Positions 23,817-37,124 of a stretch of 64,000 nucleotides of DNA are shown piece after piece. This stretch comes from Podarcis filfolensis (lineage: Eukaryota), in assembly GCA_964270895.1 (NCBI GenBank), contig OZ185438.1. One strand, 5' to 3'. The notes beneath the pieces were generated by a model, which was not told where the DNA came from, did no database searches, and saw only the letters and a list, made by a program, of their open reading frames with translations. The first letter of the stretch is position 1, and each line of letters begins with the position of its first letter. Position numbers and translations under genes: made by a program.

Positions 23817-24116
23817 GCCCGGACACAGACGTCCAGCGGCGAGGGCCTTATGGCGGTTCCCTCACTGTGAGAAGTGAGGTTACAGGGAACCAGGCAGAGG
23901 GCCTTCTCGGTAGTGGTGCCTGCCCTGTGGAATGCCCTCCCATCAGATGTTCAGGAAATAAATAACTATCCGACTTTTAGAAGACATCTGAAGGCAGCCC
24001 TGTTTAGGGAAGTTTTTAATGTTTAATGCTGTATTGTGTTTTTAATATTCGGTTGGGAGCTGCCCAGAGTGGCTGGGGAACACCAGCCAGATGGGCGGGA
24101 TATAAATAATAAATGT
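23817..24116 (+). mobile_element. L2 LINE 3' end
   Basis: RAFSVVVPALWNALPSDVQEI-type ORF2 end and L2 3'UTR; same family as 35711-35998. Confidence 0.85.
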
Positions 24117-24150
<34 letters not shown>

Positions 24151-24161
24151 CCATCACCACC
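24117..24161. repeat. (CAT)n/(CAC)n microsatellite at the L2 tail
   Basis: Direct reading; explains the spurious poly-His and poly-Asp ORFs. Confidence 0.95.
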
Positions 24162-26144
24162 TAAATAAATACATTTGCTCTGATCTAATAAGGGGCCATA
24201 TGCATAATAAGGGGCCATATGCATTCAGAAACTGGCCTGTGAGTGCATCTCCCAGGCTAGATGAGGGACTGCTTCTGCAAATATGGGGTGCAAGTGGGGT
24301 CTCTGCCTGTGATTCAGGGCTGCATGCATACAGCCCTGTCAGGAAATCAGCTATGTGTCGGCGTAGTCTAAAGACAGACTTGAAAGGAGCCTTTAAAAGT
24401 TTTGCCCCTAGCACCAAGTTTTACCCAACCAAAGATATTCCCCAGCAACAGGGTTGCCCTTAGCAATAGTCTTTTTTATAAGCCAGGCTCTGGAGGAAAA
24501 GAACAGTTTGTGGCATGGAGGCTGTTACTCTGGCTACATGGCTGAAGAACAGAGAGGAGGAATGATATATAGTTCTATTCCCCCCGCCCCCCTTAGACCA
24601 GTAGTTATATAAGTTATATAATCCATAGTGTTCAACAATAAATGCTTTCAGAAGGACTGAAATGGGGGAGATGTTTATTCCCACATGGGAGTTCAGCAAC
24701 AGATGAGCTGAACTAAGAAAGGTGATTCTGGAAGACCTCCTGGTTGACTTCGCTGACTGAAAAGGGAACCTCAAATGATTGGCAAACTGCACTTACACAA
24801 TGACATCAGAACCTGCTGTATACTGGGTCAAGATTGGTGCATCTAGTTTAGTATTGTCAGAGATGAAAAACGGGGCATTGCTCTACAATGAATTTTCCAA
24901 AGGGAATTCCATTGTGCTCCCCTCACTTACCCTCATGCCCTGTTTGGTCATAAATGATTTTCATTTTGCACCATAAAACTCCAATTGTTATGCATGTTTT
25001 CATAGCATGGCGAAGAGAACAGAGGCACAAATGGGTTTTTCTCTTCCTAGATTTAAACACAGATTCAAAGTACAGTATGTAATAACATTTCCCTGATGTC
25101 CCCCCCTAAAAAACCCAAAACCATTAGCAACACACATTTGTGCTTCAATAATTGCCCTTTGAATGTAACTGTTTACACCAGAGATGAAAAGTCAGAGACA
25201 GAGGCTGAGCAAGACAAGTTAGGCTGAGAGACTGTGACTGACTCAAGATGAGCTTCATGGCTGAGTGGGACTTTGAACTCTGCTCTCCCAGGTCCTAGTC
25301 TGACACCCTAAATCCCAACCACACTTTTCGCCATAGACCTGGCAGTTGTTTCTGTATAGAACGAAACGGCTGATCCAGCATTTCAAAAGAGTTTCCTTCT
25401 ACTCATGTATGCGTGTCCTTAAACTCAAAAGTCTGCAAAGGTCCACCTCTGTTTGGACAAGACCCAAACCATCTATATACATGTCTAGACTAGTTTGCTG
25501 CTTTTCAATGCGATGATTTGTTCGGACAGTATCAAAGGGAGTGTGAGATTCTTTGTCTTCGGCTGACCCTAGCTGCCTCTGTGTACTCTTCAAAGGCAAA
25601 AGAATTTGCCAGCAGCTGCGTCAGTTTAGACTGCCTGCCAGCCGCTTGCTTCATGCCATTGACTGGAAGCCTGGGTCACCCACCTTCTTTAAAAAAAAGC
25701 ACACTTGAGACAGAAGTGCTTGAAACAAAATCCATAAACATTAACACTAATTTCTGGAGAAACTGGCCTTTCCATGGAACACCAGCCAGAACTATTGCAT
25801 TGGCCTTCGGTAGGCAGCTTGTGCTATGTTTTTCTGAATACTATTTTCCCATCCCTGGGGGGGGGGGAGGAATTGCCCTACCCAATGGAGGAAAAAGTTT
25901 CCATAAATATCTTCAGGGCTAGCCCAAGATATGTTGCTGCCTGAAGTGAAAGATGGTCCATGAACAGAAGGAGACTGGACTGGTGGGCAAATCTTATTTC
26001 AATGCAGATAGCATCATCCATTATACCTGAGGTAGAAAATCAGATTAGGGTACCCGGTTGAGCCTGTGTGACAACAATGAAGAATGGTTGGGGGGGGCAG
26101 CTGAAGAACACTCAAAATGATGACTTGTTAGTTTCAGCATAAGA

Positions 26145-26534
26145 GGGATGTGGGTGGCGCTGTGGTCTAAACCACTGAGCCTCTTGGGCTTGCTGATCGG
26201 AAGGTCGGTGGTTCAATTCCCCACAATGGGGTGAGCTCCCGTTGCTCGGTCCAAGCTCCTGCCAACCTAGCAGTTCGAAAGCACGCTGAAAAGTGCAAGT
26301 AGATAAATAGGTACCACTCTGGCGGGATGGTAAACAGCGTTTCCATGCGCTGCTATGGTTTCAGTGTTCTGTTGCGCCAGAAGAGGCTTCGTCATGCTGG
26401 CCATGTGATCTGGAAAAACTGTCTGCGGACAAATGCTGATTCCCCGGCCTGTAAAGCGAGATGAGCGCCGCAACCCCAGAGTCACCCGCAACTGGACTTA
26501 ACTGTCAGGGGTCCTTTACCTTTTCTTTTCTTTT
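26145..26534 (+). mobile_element. Sauria SINE, full length
   Basis: Head GGGATGTGGGTGGCGCTGTGGTCTAAACC with A/B boxes; BovB-like tail ending GGGGTCCTTTACCTTT; 13-bp TSD TTAGTTTCAGCAT at 26128-26140 and 26535-26547. Confidence 0.93.
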
Positions 26535-26922
26535 TTAGTTTCAGCATGAGCAAAAGCCTGGATGTAAGAAGGGTCAAACTAAAGGGAGCCAAAAACAGCT
26601 TCCTAAAACATGGATTTTAAAGCAGTACTGTGTTAAGTTGGTGTTAATGGCTGCTAGGGAGAGTGGATCTCTTCCTTCCAGATGGCCAAAAAGCTGACAA
26701 TGGGAATGGAAACCCCACTCCAGTCCCCTTCCCTCTGACATCATTGGCCTACACCACAGGTATTTCAAATTCTGTGGTTCCTTGAATGCTTTCCTGCTTA
26801 GATTGTCAATTAGTGCCAGATGTGCTCCAGGAAGCTAAATGAATTCACCACCTTATTCCCATGTAAGCTAAAATGGCAATTTGCTCATGCTCCCAGGTGA
26901 GATAGGGGGACATGGGAAGCTG

Positions 26923-26926
<4 letters not shown>

Positions 26927-26970
<44 letters not shown>
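26927..26970. repeat. (GA)n microsatellite
   Basis: Direct reading. Confidence 0.95.
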
Positions 26971-26972
<2 letters not shown>

Positions 26973-27191
26973 CATCATTACCTGAACGTAGCTTTCAGGC
27001 CCCTGCTAAAATTTTGAATCTTTAAATCATCCTGCCTCTCTCTGTTTCAAAGGGCTGTGAAAAGACCAAGGTAGAACGTTCTCCAGTTCCCTTCCCTTAA
27101 TGACCCCTACACCCCACCAAATTCATTCCTCAGTGCAAGATGTTCTAAGTATGATAGGGAAGAGGGTAAGATCTGTGCCATTGCTTAAGGT

Positions 27192-27442
27192 GAAGAAGAA
27201 GAAGAAGAGTTTGGATTTGATATCCCACTTTATCACTACCCTAAGGAGTCTCAAAGCGGCTAACATTCTCCTTTCCCTTCCTCCCCCACAACAAACACTC
27301 TGTGAGGTGAGTGGGGCTGAGAGACTTCAAAGAAGTGTGACTAGCCCAAGGTCACCCAGCAGCTGCATGTGGAGGAGCGGAGACACAAACCCGGTTCCCC
27401 AGATTACGAGACTACCGCTCTTAACCACTACACCACACTGGC
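27192..27442 (-). mobile_element. Young tRNA-derived lacertid SINE (POM/Squam3-like), copy 1
   Basis: Minus strand begins GCCAGTGTGGTGTAGTGGTTAAGAGC and ends in a (TCT)n tail; highly similar to 30228-30478 and 50709-50961. The family name is tentative. Confidence 0.85.
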
Positions 27443-27702
27443 GCAAGAACACCTATATTTCTGGCCTACTTGCTGGTTCTGCACCCTGAGTGCCTCTCCA
27501 GATAACCCATCCACTGAACATGTATCCTGATTTCTTGCACAAAGCTCACATGGGTTGTAGATTGCACCCGGTCTTTCCTGAGCATTTGACATGATTTATT
27601 TGGTGGGAGGCTACACAATGAGAATTCACCCTGATTAGTTTGCTGGCTATTAATGCATTTCTGTTAATCATTCATTCACCCAACACTTTTCAATGCATTT
27701 CC

Positions 27703-28221
27703 CCAATTCAGAAAAGGGCAACTAGAACGATCAAGGAGTTGGAGAACTCCCCTATGAGGAAAGGGTTTGGCATTTGGGTACAACATTATGCAAATTATGG
27801 GCAAAATGGATAGAGAAAGGGTTTTTTAAAAATATCTCTCTCATAACACTAGAACTCATAGACATCTAATGAAGCTGAATGTTGGAAGATTCAGAAGAGA
27901 CAAAAGAAACATATTTCTTCACACAGTGCAAAATTTAACTATGGCATTCGCAGGAGGTAGTGATGACCACCCAATGGGATGGCTTTAAAAGAAGATTAGA
28001 CACATTCACAGAATAAGGCTAGCAGTAGCTACAAACAGTGATAAATACGTTCTTACCTGCACAGTTGGAGGCAATTTCCTTTCATATGCCAGTTGCTAGA
28101 AATCACAGGGAGAGTGCTCTTGAACTCAGATCCTGGTTTGTGCGTTTCCTGTTGGTATCCTTATAGACACAGTGAGAACAGGATGCTGGACTAGATGGGC
28201 CACAGGCTTTTCTTATGTTCA
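27703..28221 (+). mobile_element. Degraded CR1 LINE ORF2 end plus 3'UTR
   Basis: QKRATRTIKEL, MKLNVGRFRRDK-type peptides and a CR1 3'UTR (GAGAACAGGATGCTGGACTAGATGGGCC ... TTCTTATGTTC). Confidence 0.8.
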
Positions 28222-29060
28222 GCTGAGGAGCGCTGAGCAGATGGCACTACATGAGAAAGTTATTTTTGTTGAGGGAGAAGTGATCAAAAAGGCTTTCATC
28301 TGTGGACTGATCTGAATTGCGGTAACAAAACCTGTAGCTTCCCGCCCCCCTTCTAAATGAAACCCTCCAAGAAACACGTTTCTAATTTTGTGCTTACTGA
28401 ATTATTCCAGTGGAAAAAATTATGGGCAGCCCAGGCATAGTTATCTAACAATAGTCATCAGAAGCCAGGTCATAACAGAAAGCCCTTGAGCTGAAAACAG
28501 TTGAGCCTAAAGAGTTTAAAGTCTTTCACTATCACATGAACAATCCATGTAAGAATCATCCCTACATTCTTGCAATATAGTCCTGCATTGGCATCCCCAT
28601 TCTGCAGATGAAGAAGAGTTTCCAGGCTTTTGTTTGGAATACAACAAATGTCACACTCCAGCCTCAGCCCATATGCATTCATTTTGATGCATGAAGTTAG
28701 GTGGGATACCTGAAAGGTTGACTCATCCCTTATATACTCAGTTGATCATTGGCAGGTGAGGGCTTTCTGCAGATAGCATCTTAGCAGGAAGTCCTTTCTG
28801 CATAATTAAGGAATTGGGCCTTTCGTGTTAGACAGACACCATCTCTGCTGCCATTTCAGTGCCTACCAAATACCTTCCTTGTAGAAACACAGGACTCAGC
28901 TATACAGCCATAAATAAAACATTTCAAGTGTGTTGTGAAGTGCAATATAGAAATGTGACACTAGATGGCGGCAGTAGGCTATGGCAAATTCAATATATTT
29001 TTCAAAACTTTTTTAAAAAAGCATTTTCACAGCGTCTTTTTATATGTGTGTAGATTCCAC

Positions 29061-29185
29061 CATAGACTCATAGAATTGTAGAGTTGGAAGGGGCCACATG
29101 GGTCATCTAGTCCAGCCCCCTGCAATGCAGGAATCTTTTGCCCAATGACCCTGAGTTTAAGTCTCATGCTCTACTGACGGAGCTA
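29061..29185 (-). mobile_element. tRNA-Lys-derived short SINE with CR1-type tail
   Basis: Minus strand TAGCTCCGTCAGTAGAGCATGAGACTT...CTCAGGGTC resembles tRNA-Lys(CTT); tail ends ATTCTATGAGTCTATG. Confidence 0.75.
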
Positions 29186-30227
29186 ACTTGGTAGAGAAAC
29201 AATGGCTATGATAACCTAAATATATTGGGAAAGTAGTTTCAGAAAAATCAGAACAATAAACATACATATATACAAACAAACAAACAAACAAACATATACA
29301 GTACATTGTATGTCTTTAAGATATACAAATGCAATAACCTTAAAGCTTTCATTCCCAAATATTCTTACTAAAGAATAATTCCTGCTCAACGTAACTGGAG
29401 TTTATTCCCCATTCCATATTTTAAGGACTAGAACAATTCTACTGGCTTCTGTGGAACTACTCCAGTGCAGCATTTTTGAGGATCATGGTGTTGAATTATG
29501 GACTAACTCCATTGCAATAGATTGTTGGGCTGTAATGTCAGGAGACTGAGATGAGAGGCAACTTGTGGGAGGCCACCCAGCAAGCCTGTGGTCAGCTGGG
29601 TGTTAGCACTAGGAGTGCCTGGCACATAGCCCAGTGCCCAGACCACTGCCCACACTCCCACTCAGAATTAAGCAGTTTCCCTTCACTGAAGAGCTGGTAC
29701 ATAAAACAGCCAGGAAATTCATGGATAATATTTTGAAAGGAGCTATGAAAACAATATTTTTAAAGAAAGCACCTTTAAAAGATGGGAGTAGGGGAAAGAA
29801 TGAGTTTTCTGCTTCTTTTGCTCTTTCAAACTATAGACGCTACATTTTTCCTGCAAAATAGCTTAAGCACTTAGCTAATGTCTTAGTGTCCTGGAGAAAT
29901 CACCCATATGGAGAAATGGCATTTCCTACAGAAGTGAAATAATCACATCTTGCAGGTTCTTCTGATTGTCTCAGAACGGTTTGAACTCTTCCTTGGCTAG
30001 TTTGTCTGTTTGGGAGAAATGCGGTGGGCACAGCTGCTAAAATGCTTTACAGCAGGAATGGGGAACCTGTGACTCTTCAGTTGTTGTTGGCCTGCAGGTC
30101 TGTCCTATCATCCCCTCACCATTGGCTATGCTGCTGGGACGAATGAGAGTTGAGGTCAGACAACACCTGACAATACCTGGAGGCCATGGTTTCCATCCCT
30201 GCCTGTTCCTAGGAGATGATGCACTGA

Positions 30228-30504
30228 GATGATGATGAAGAAGAGTTTGGATTTGATATCCCGCTTTATCACTACCCGAAGGAGTTTCAAAGCGGCTAAC
30301 ATTCTCCTTTCCCTTCCTCCCCCACAACAAACACTCTGTGAGGTGAGTGGGGCTGAGAGACTTCAGAGAAGTGTGACTAGTCCAAGGTCACCCAGCAGCT
30401 GCATGTGGAGGAGCGGAGACACAAACCCGGTTCCCCAGATTACGAGTCTATTGCTCTTAACCACTACACCACACTGGCTCTTAACCACTACACCACACTG
30501 GCTC
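30228..30504 (-). mobile_element. Young tRNA-derived lacertid SINE, copy 2, with duplicated 5' 24 nt
   Basis: Same body as 27192-27442; GCTCTTAACCACTACACCACACTG is repeated at 30453-30476 and 30477-30500. Confidence 0.85.
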
Positions 30505-32357
30505 CTATAGGCAGTTTGGCCTATAGGATCCAGGGACCAAGGGCCTGGTGGAGGACTAGGCTAGAGTACTGTGCGCTTCAGTGGATTAGCAAAAAGCCGA
30601 GCTGATTTGGTACTCCATGTGACCTGACCAGTAGTGGTGAGACTGTGTTACTTCAAAACCTAGTTGTTCTGTTCCCAGATCAGTTTTCTCAAAACAAAGG
30701 AAATGGATTCCCATCAGTAAACTGATGCCTGCTCTACAGATGCAGCAGAATGAAGTGGTAGATTACACTGTGGTATTGTGCCATTTTTGAATGCACCCCA
30801 TCTAAAAAATAAGAAAAAAGCTTATTGTAGGGAGATTGGAGGATGCAGTGGATGGGTGACAGTGCTTAGTTCAGAGTAGCCCCCGCAGCAGCTGATATCT
30901 TTATTCCCCTGGCAGGGGAGAGCCCGTCAGAGTGATACAGGGTGTTAGAGGGTTACCGTATATCAGATCTGGCACCAACTTTTCCCTACTTGTAGTTTGA
31001 AGTGATAAAATGCACTCCATCAACTCATTCCTCATTTTGCTGCAGGCATATACAAGGCGATAGTGTTTTATTTTGTCTTTTTTAAAGAATCGAACACCTA
31101 TACTCCCCTCAAACATTTCCAAGTCTCATGGAAGCATGGAATTTAGAGTGTACGGAATGTCAATCAAGTATTGTCAATCAAAAAATGCTCCTTCAGCTAA
31201 TATATTAGACTGCTTTGCCATTCAGCACATTTCCTTCCTTCCAAAACTAGACTCTTGTGTTTAGTCAAAGGGTCAAGACACTGGCAACTTGTCAGTTCAG
31301 CTGCCTCAATTGCTACTGGCTTTTAAATCCTGATACAGGGCTTAATTATCTAATTGTCCAACTTAAATTCCCGCCCCCTCCTCAAGGAATGCCATGTATT
31401 ATTCTAAACTCTGTTATTCTAAACTGGTAGAACATATTGTTGTTCTTTTGAGAGTTCCAAGAGCATACGAACAAGGAATTAGAACAAAGAGAATATGTTT
31501 GTTTCTTATTAATGATTGACCTTTAGTAGATGTTTGATAATGGTTTGAACATGAAATACAACTCAGATTTTGGCATCTTACTGGAAAACTCCATTGAGTT
31601 AAATATGTTTTGCATATGAATCTGTCTTTCATTATGTCCCTGTCTCTGACAAAATAGTAGAAGGTTTTGAATTTGGTGGAACAAATGCAACCTTGCTCAT
31701 GTTTATTTGCTTGTTTTAAATCTCTGATGCTATCAAATATTTAGGAGGTGCTTTTTGAATTATGAGCAAATGGTCAATACATTAAAAAAAGAAAACCTAT
31801 CATACAAGCAGCAGTAGCAAACACGGTGCCTGCCACATGTTGCTAGGCTCCAACTCCCATCATTCCCAGCCAGCATTGCCAATGGTCAGGGGTGATGGGA
31901 GTTGTAGTCCCGAAACATCTGGAGGGTACCACATGAAAGACATAAAAATATCCAAGCCTAGAAAAACAGCAGGTTTTAAATCAAATTCTGTTAGACAATG
32001 GATGCATGGGATGGAATGATGCAACAACTGTGTTATTTCAGTTTGCCTATTCTTGCAGCTGTTTTTAATACTCTTGCATTTACCTCTTATTATTGGTAGA
32101 ATGCTCTTTAGATTTTTTATATACACAAAGACAAACTGTTGAGGAATCAATCTCAGGGTTCTTGGGCTAAATACAATAATATATATTCTTTAAATTGAAT
32201 AACCTTTTTAAAAATAACCTTTTTTTTACAAAGTTTATCACTATACCATATAGATATATATAGTTGTTTTTTAAAAATATATATACTCCTTTTTCTTAAT
32301 TTACAAAGTACCCAGAGAGAGGGGGAGACCACACACACAACAAAAACCAGCAATTAA

Positions 32358-32498
32358 ATCACAGGGATTGAATCATAGAATTGCAGCATTGGAAGAGACC
32401 ACCAGAGCCATCTAGTCCAGCCCCCTGCAATGCAGGAATATTTTGCCCAACATGAACCCATGACCCAGACATTAAGAGTCTCATGCGATACCGACAGA
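32358..32498 (-). mobile_element. tRNA-Lys-derived short SINE with CR1-type tail, copy 2
   Basis: Minus strand GTCGGTATCGCATGAGACTCTTAATGTCTGGGTCATGGGTTCATGTTGGGC followed by the same tail as 29061-29185. Confidence 0.75.
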
Positions 32499-33793
32499 AG
32501 ATAAGAGAAAAACAACTATTTTCAGAACCTGTTGTTGTTCTGGCTTTTTCTGAGAGACTTGTTTCAGTGACTTGTTGAACGCTTGCAATACTGCAATATT
32601 GCGTAAAGGCTACAATCCAAACGGCCCTACCTTTTGTAAATTCTATATTTTCCCATGCTTTCCCTGGTTGAGTTCGGGCAGAAAGAAGGGGGTAGCAGAG
32701 TGGAGCGTAAAGCAAAACAAAATAGGGATTGAGGAGTTTTCTCAGGACAGTGGAGGGTGTGCGCACTGTGGGACATTGTTGCAATGGTGGAAGAAACGTT
32801 CTTTGGGGGCAGGGGGGACAAAATGGAGGGTTGAAGAGGGTCAGTTGAGGGTCAGTTTTCATCAGAGGAATATTGGAGGGTAAGTCCCTACACACTGCTC
32901 CCCCCCTTGAAACATAGGTGCCAGTACACACCATGAAGTTGTTACAGTAAGTGCCACACTTTTTAACAACACCACAAAAGAAGTCCCCTTTAGTTCCCCC
33001 GGGGGAGGGGGGAAAGCTCTGCTTCTACATTTCCCAGACTACTGTGACCTACCTGCAAGCTTCCTTTGGTGGGTGAAAAGGGTCTCTGTGTTTTTGTGTT
33101 TGTGTTTGCAGATAGACTGAGTGGTGCAAATCAGATTAATATGTGTATGAGAGAGAGGGAGGGGAGGGAACAGTCTATAAATCTTACTGTGTTTCTGCTT
33201 ACAACGGAAATCGTAAAAGAAGTAAATAAGCGTCTGGAATATTTAGCATTGCTCACAGGTTTTTTTCCCCTCAGGACTCTTTGTTTGGCACAGCAATTAA
33301 TTTCCTGGGGTCCCTAGTCAGTTGGTAACAAATGTAAAATATCACATACTTGCTGAGAAACTGCCAAGGAATAGTAGTTTGATCATATAGCTATTTATAA
33401 TAATGAAAGGAACAGTTTTGACTCAGCCAAACAACAGAATTCACACAAGAGGTCAGTGTTGTGCACAGAAGTCTACTTGAAAATAACGATATGACTTTAT
33501 AAGACTTGCTAGGATGACAATAGAGGAAGCTATCCTGTGGAAAGCTGCATTCACAGGACAGTTTCACAAGACTGGCTAAGTAGGATGCACAGACACCTTA
33601 AATTCCATAGAAGTCAAGGGGATTTAAGAAGCCTAATTCCGTGGGATTGTAGTTTAGGGTGGATGGGTTTTTAGTTATGATTTAAAGGGAGCAATGGGCT
33701 TACCTGAGAAGGTTGGTTTCCAAAAGCACCAATATGGAAGCAAGACACTTAATAGCACATGCTTGCTGAAATGACAGAAAAGACAATTTTTAA

Positions 33794-33836
33794 AACAAAC
33801 AGACAAACAAACAAACAAACAAACAAACAAACAAAC
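33794..33836. repeat. (AAAC)n microsatellite
   Basis: Direct reading. Confidence 0.9.
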
Positions 33837-34941
33837 ATTCTAACATGCATTTGACCTACTTGGCTGATGTTCTCTTAGGCTGCAATCTTAATTCCACTTT
33901 CCCTGAGACTTAATTCCATAGAACTCATGGGACTTCTGAGTAGACCTGGATAGGATTGCACAAGACTGAACTTGTGTTTCATTCATTGCAGCTGTCCATT
34001 CCTGCTGTTGTTGTGGTGCTGCTTTGCGTTGAATTTTGTTGTTTTAAATTGGCTGCAAGCTGCCAGGACTCTGCATATATAGTGGGAAAGTAGGATATAT
34101 ACAAGCATTAAGACCGTTCTAAGAGGTTGAACTTCAAACTAACGAAAAGAATTCCTGCTGGAATTGAAACAGCAACAAAAGAACTGATGGATTAAAAAAC
34201 CCACCAATAAAAAGTGGTGCAAAACATTATTTGTAATGCAGAATGATCTTAATCCACCAAGTAAGGCTAAGAAGGCGCATCAGTGTTCAAATTAACTTGA
34301 TTTATTACAATATCCAGAGACGGCAGGAGGGGTGTAGAGCAAAGTTGCCCCAATTATGAAATTTCCAGCTGAGACAATTCTTGCTTCTTGGCAATGGAGG
34401 CTAAATTACATTGATCCATGGACAATTTAAACAGTAAGAATCACCCAGAAAAAATGTCAATATTTGGAGTGGGAGGACAAGAGGCATTTTGGATTGGAAA
34501 ACCATTTTCTTTGGACGAGCCAGATACTGGCTTTAAACAAAAATGATACCTTTCTGCATCTGTGCATGGGAGCCTGGAACATCAATCTGACAAAAAACAG
34601 CATCTTAAATATTCAAAGAGAACAGAACAAGCTTCACCAACCCGGTGCCCTCCAAATATTTTGGACTACAGCTCCCATCATCCCCAGCCAGCAGGCCAAA
34701 TTCCAGGTTGGTGAAGACTGGAATAGTAGATAAGGTTTAAAATACACTGTTTAGGAAATGCAAGCTTATTTTCCCCCCTTATAATGTTTGTATTGATGGC
34801 TAATGCCTGCTTATGTTAAGGAACCCTGAGATATTGCATGAGTTCTTCCAAGAGAGCTTTCTCTGTAGCACATTGAAAGTGTGGTAGTCACAGATAGGTA
34901 TAATACAGGTCTTACCAAAGAGCCTGAGAGTTTAATACTTC

Positions 34942-35626
34942 TTTACGTGATTTAACAAGAATCCCCTCCCCTAATAAGTCAGAACTTTAAGGACTTAAGC
35001 TGTGATTTAAGGCTGTGTGGAGATAAACTTTCGAACCAAAGCAATGTTTCAAGACGAAGCTGTAAAGTTAAGAGTTTTGGAATGACGCAGTTAAAAATGC
35101 CGTCGCCATCTTGGGAGGCATTGTTGGAGCTCTTGGGTCTGGGAGGAGAAAGAGAGAAATAGTGCTGTTTACATATCATGGATTAACTCCTCCGTGGGAT
35201 TTAAGAGCGAAAAATGCCTGATTTATGATGGAAAGAGTGATGTTATCTACGAAGGAGATATATGGAAACCATCTGGACTTAGATTGGAAGAACGGGAAAT
35301 TCACACAGGATTATTATATTTGCTTATCGGCTTAAGGAGACTAACAGAAGAGATCGTAAAAGAAAAAGAGAAATTATATGAACAAGATATGATGTGGAAA
35401 CACCAAGATAAGACTGGATAGAATTAGGAACTTTGTCTGGACTGATTGGGACTGATTTGGACACTAACGCAGTAATAAGAAGATGATTTGAATCCCCCTT
35501 TGGATCTTGAAGTATGGGTTCCCCCAACAAAATTTAAAAATTTGGCTTTGTAATTTGGAATTTATGTGATGTGATTTAATTTGATGTGATTGGCCAGTTA
35601 ATAAAAATTATTATAAAAAAAAGAGA
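34942..35626 (+). mobile_element. Unclassified TSD-flanked polyadenylated retro-insert (685 bp)
   Basis: 16-bp TSD GAGAGTTTAATACTTC at 34926-34941 and 35627-35642; AATAAA at 35600-35605 followed by an A-rich tail. Confidence 0.8.
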
Positions 35627-35667
35627 GAGAGTTTAATACTTCAACTATAATGCTTTCAGATTATGGC

Positions 35668-35711
<44 letters not shown>

Positions 35712-35998
35712 ACCGCCCATCTGGTTGGGTTTCCCCAGCCACTCTGGGCAGCTCCCAACAGAATTTTAAAAACACAATAAAAGATTGAACATTAAAAACT
35801 TCCCTAAACAGGGCTGCTTTCAGATGTCTTCTAAAAGTCAGATAGTTGTTTATTTCCTTGATATCTGATGGAAGGGTATTCCACAGGGCGGGTGCCACCA
35901 CTGGGAAGGACCTCTGCGTGGTTTACTGTAACCTCACTTCTCGCAGTGAGGGAACCGCAAGAAGGCCCTCGGAGCTGGACTTCAGTGTCCAGACTGAA
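35668..35998 (-). mobile_element. L2 LINE 3' end with (AAT)n tail (35668-35710)
   Basis: Reverse complement of the family at 23817; peptide VVAPALWNTLPSDIKEINNYLTFRRHLKAALF. Confidence 0.85.
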
Positions 35999-37124
35999 TG
36001 TCTTCATATAAATGAAAACGTTTCCCGGGGCTGCAACCCAATACTCTCTTACCTGGGAGTAAGTGCTATTCAACCCCAAGGGTCTTTTGTTTAAACTGCA
36101 TATCTACCTCATATCCTAAAACTTTGCTCTTGTCTTTCAAGTATTGCAAAATTGTATAGTAGCTGAAGAGGGACCTTTTAGACCTTCCTCTACTCCTGCC
36201 CTTAACCTGGCATCCCAAGGTGAACTGAATTAGATGGAGAAGAATTTTACCACTGGATCCCTATCTATTCTAAAATACCCAGAGAATAAATAATTGTCAC
36301 CAGTTGGATTAAATGGCTCGTGCACGATGGGCAGAAGTCTTATGGGGGTACCCAAATTACAACTATGCCAGTTTCCAATCCCCTAGAGCTCCCCTAGAGC
36401 ATGGATGGCGAACCTGTGGCCTTCCAGTGCTGTTGAACTACAATTCCCATAATCCCTCATCATTGGCTATGGCAGCTGGACCCACAGTTTTCCCATCCCT
36501 GACCAACAGGGTTAGTCAGATTCTTCCCAGACCAGGAAATACTGCTTTAATTAACCAAAAATTAGGTTTTTGAACAAACACAAAAAAGTACAGTTAAGAA
36601 AATACAACTTTTGAGTGCTTTGGAGTGTGGAAATTATCCCTATCTTGCCAGCTGTCAGTCTGAACACCTGCTGTTGGGAGAAGTACCAGTTCTCAGTTCT
36701 ACCAGATGCCAGTTCTGACATCTGAGTATGATTGGGGAAATTGCAGTCATCCTTCAAGCAAAGCATGCATTTCAAAGGCACAAGCCAAGCATCATAATTT
36801 AACTTGGTCAGTCTCCTCTTCCTATTATTTCCTATTATTTACAACAATTCCTTGCAGGTTTGAAAGGGGGGAAATTCAGATGTTTAATCATGTATGCCAG
36901 TTTAGTGATGATACAGAATAAAAAACAAATGTGCAACTTTTAAACAATCTCCATCTTAGGAATTCTTTGCTCTTTGATATATATTTATGGCTACATTAGT
37001 AAAACAAGGAATTTAATAGCCATACCAGGAAGGTTATGTCTGAAAGCAATCATACTGCAAAATGGCGGAACAGCCATGCTCCATGAGGCTCACTTTATTA
37101 TTTTTACAAAGAGTGCAAAATGAT

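Noticed and set aside
24186-24223. 19-bp tandem duplication TAATAAGGGGCCATATGCA x2
   Set aside because: Ordinary slippage duplication with no recognisable motif.
24113-24463. Poly-His ORF
   Set aside because: Produced by the (CAT)n tail of an L2 element.
30453-30504. Direct repeats as a possible CRISPR-like array
   Set aside because: Adjacent tandem copies without spacers, SINE-derived, in a vertebrate genome; no cas genes.
29061-32498. tRNA-like sequences as functional tRNA genes
   Set aside because: Degenerate or deleted arms and direct fusion to retroposon tails indicate SINE heads.
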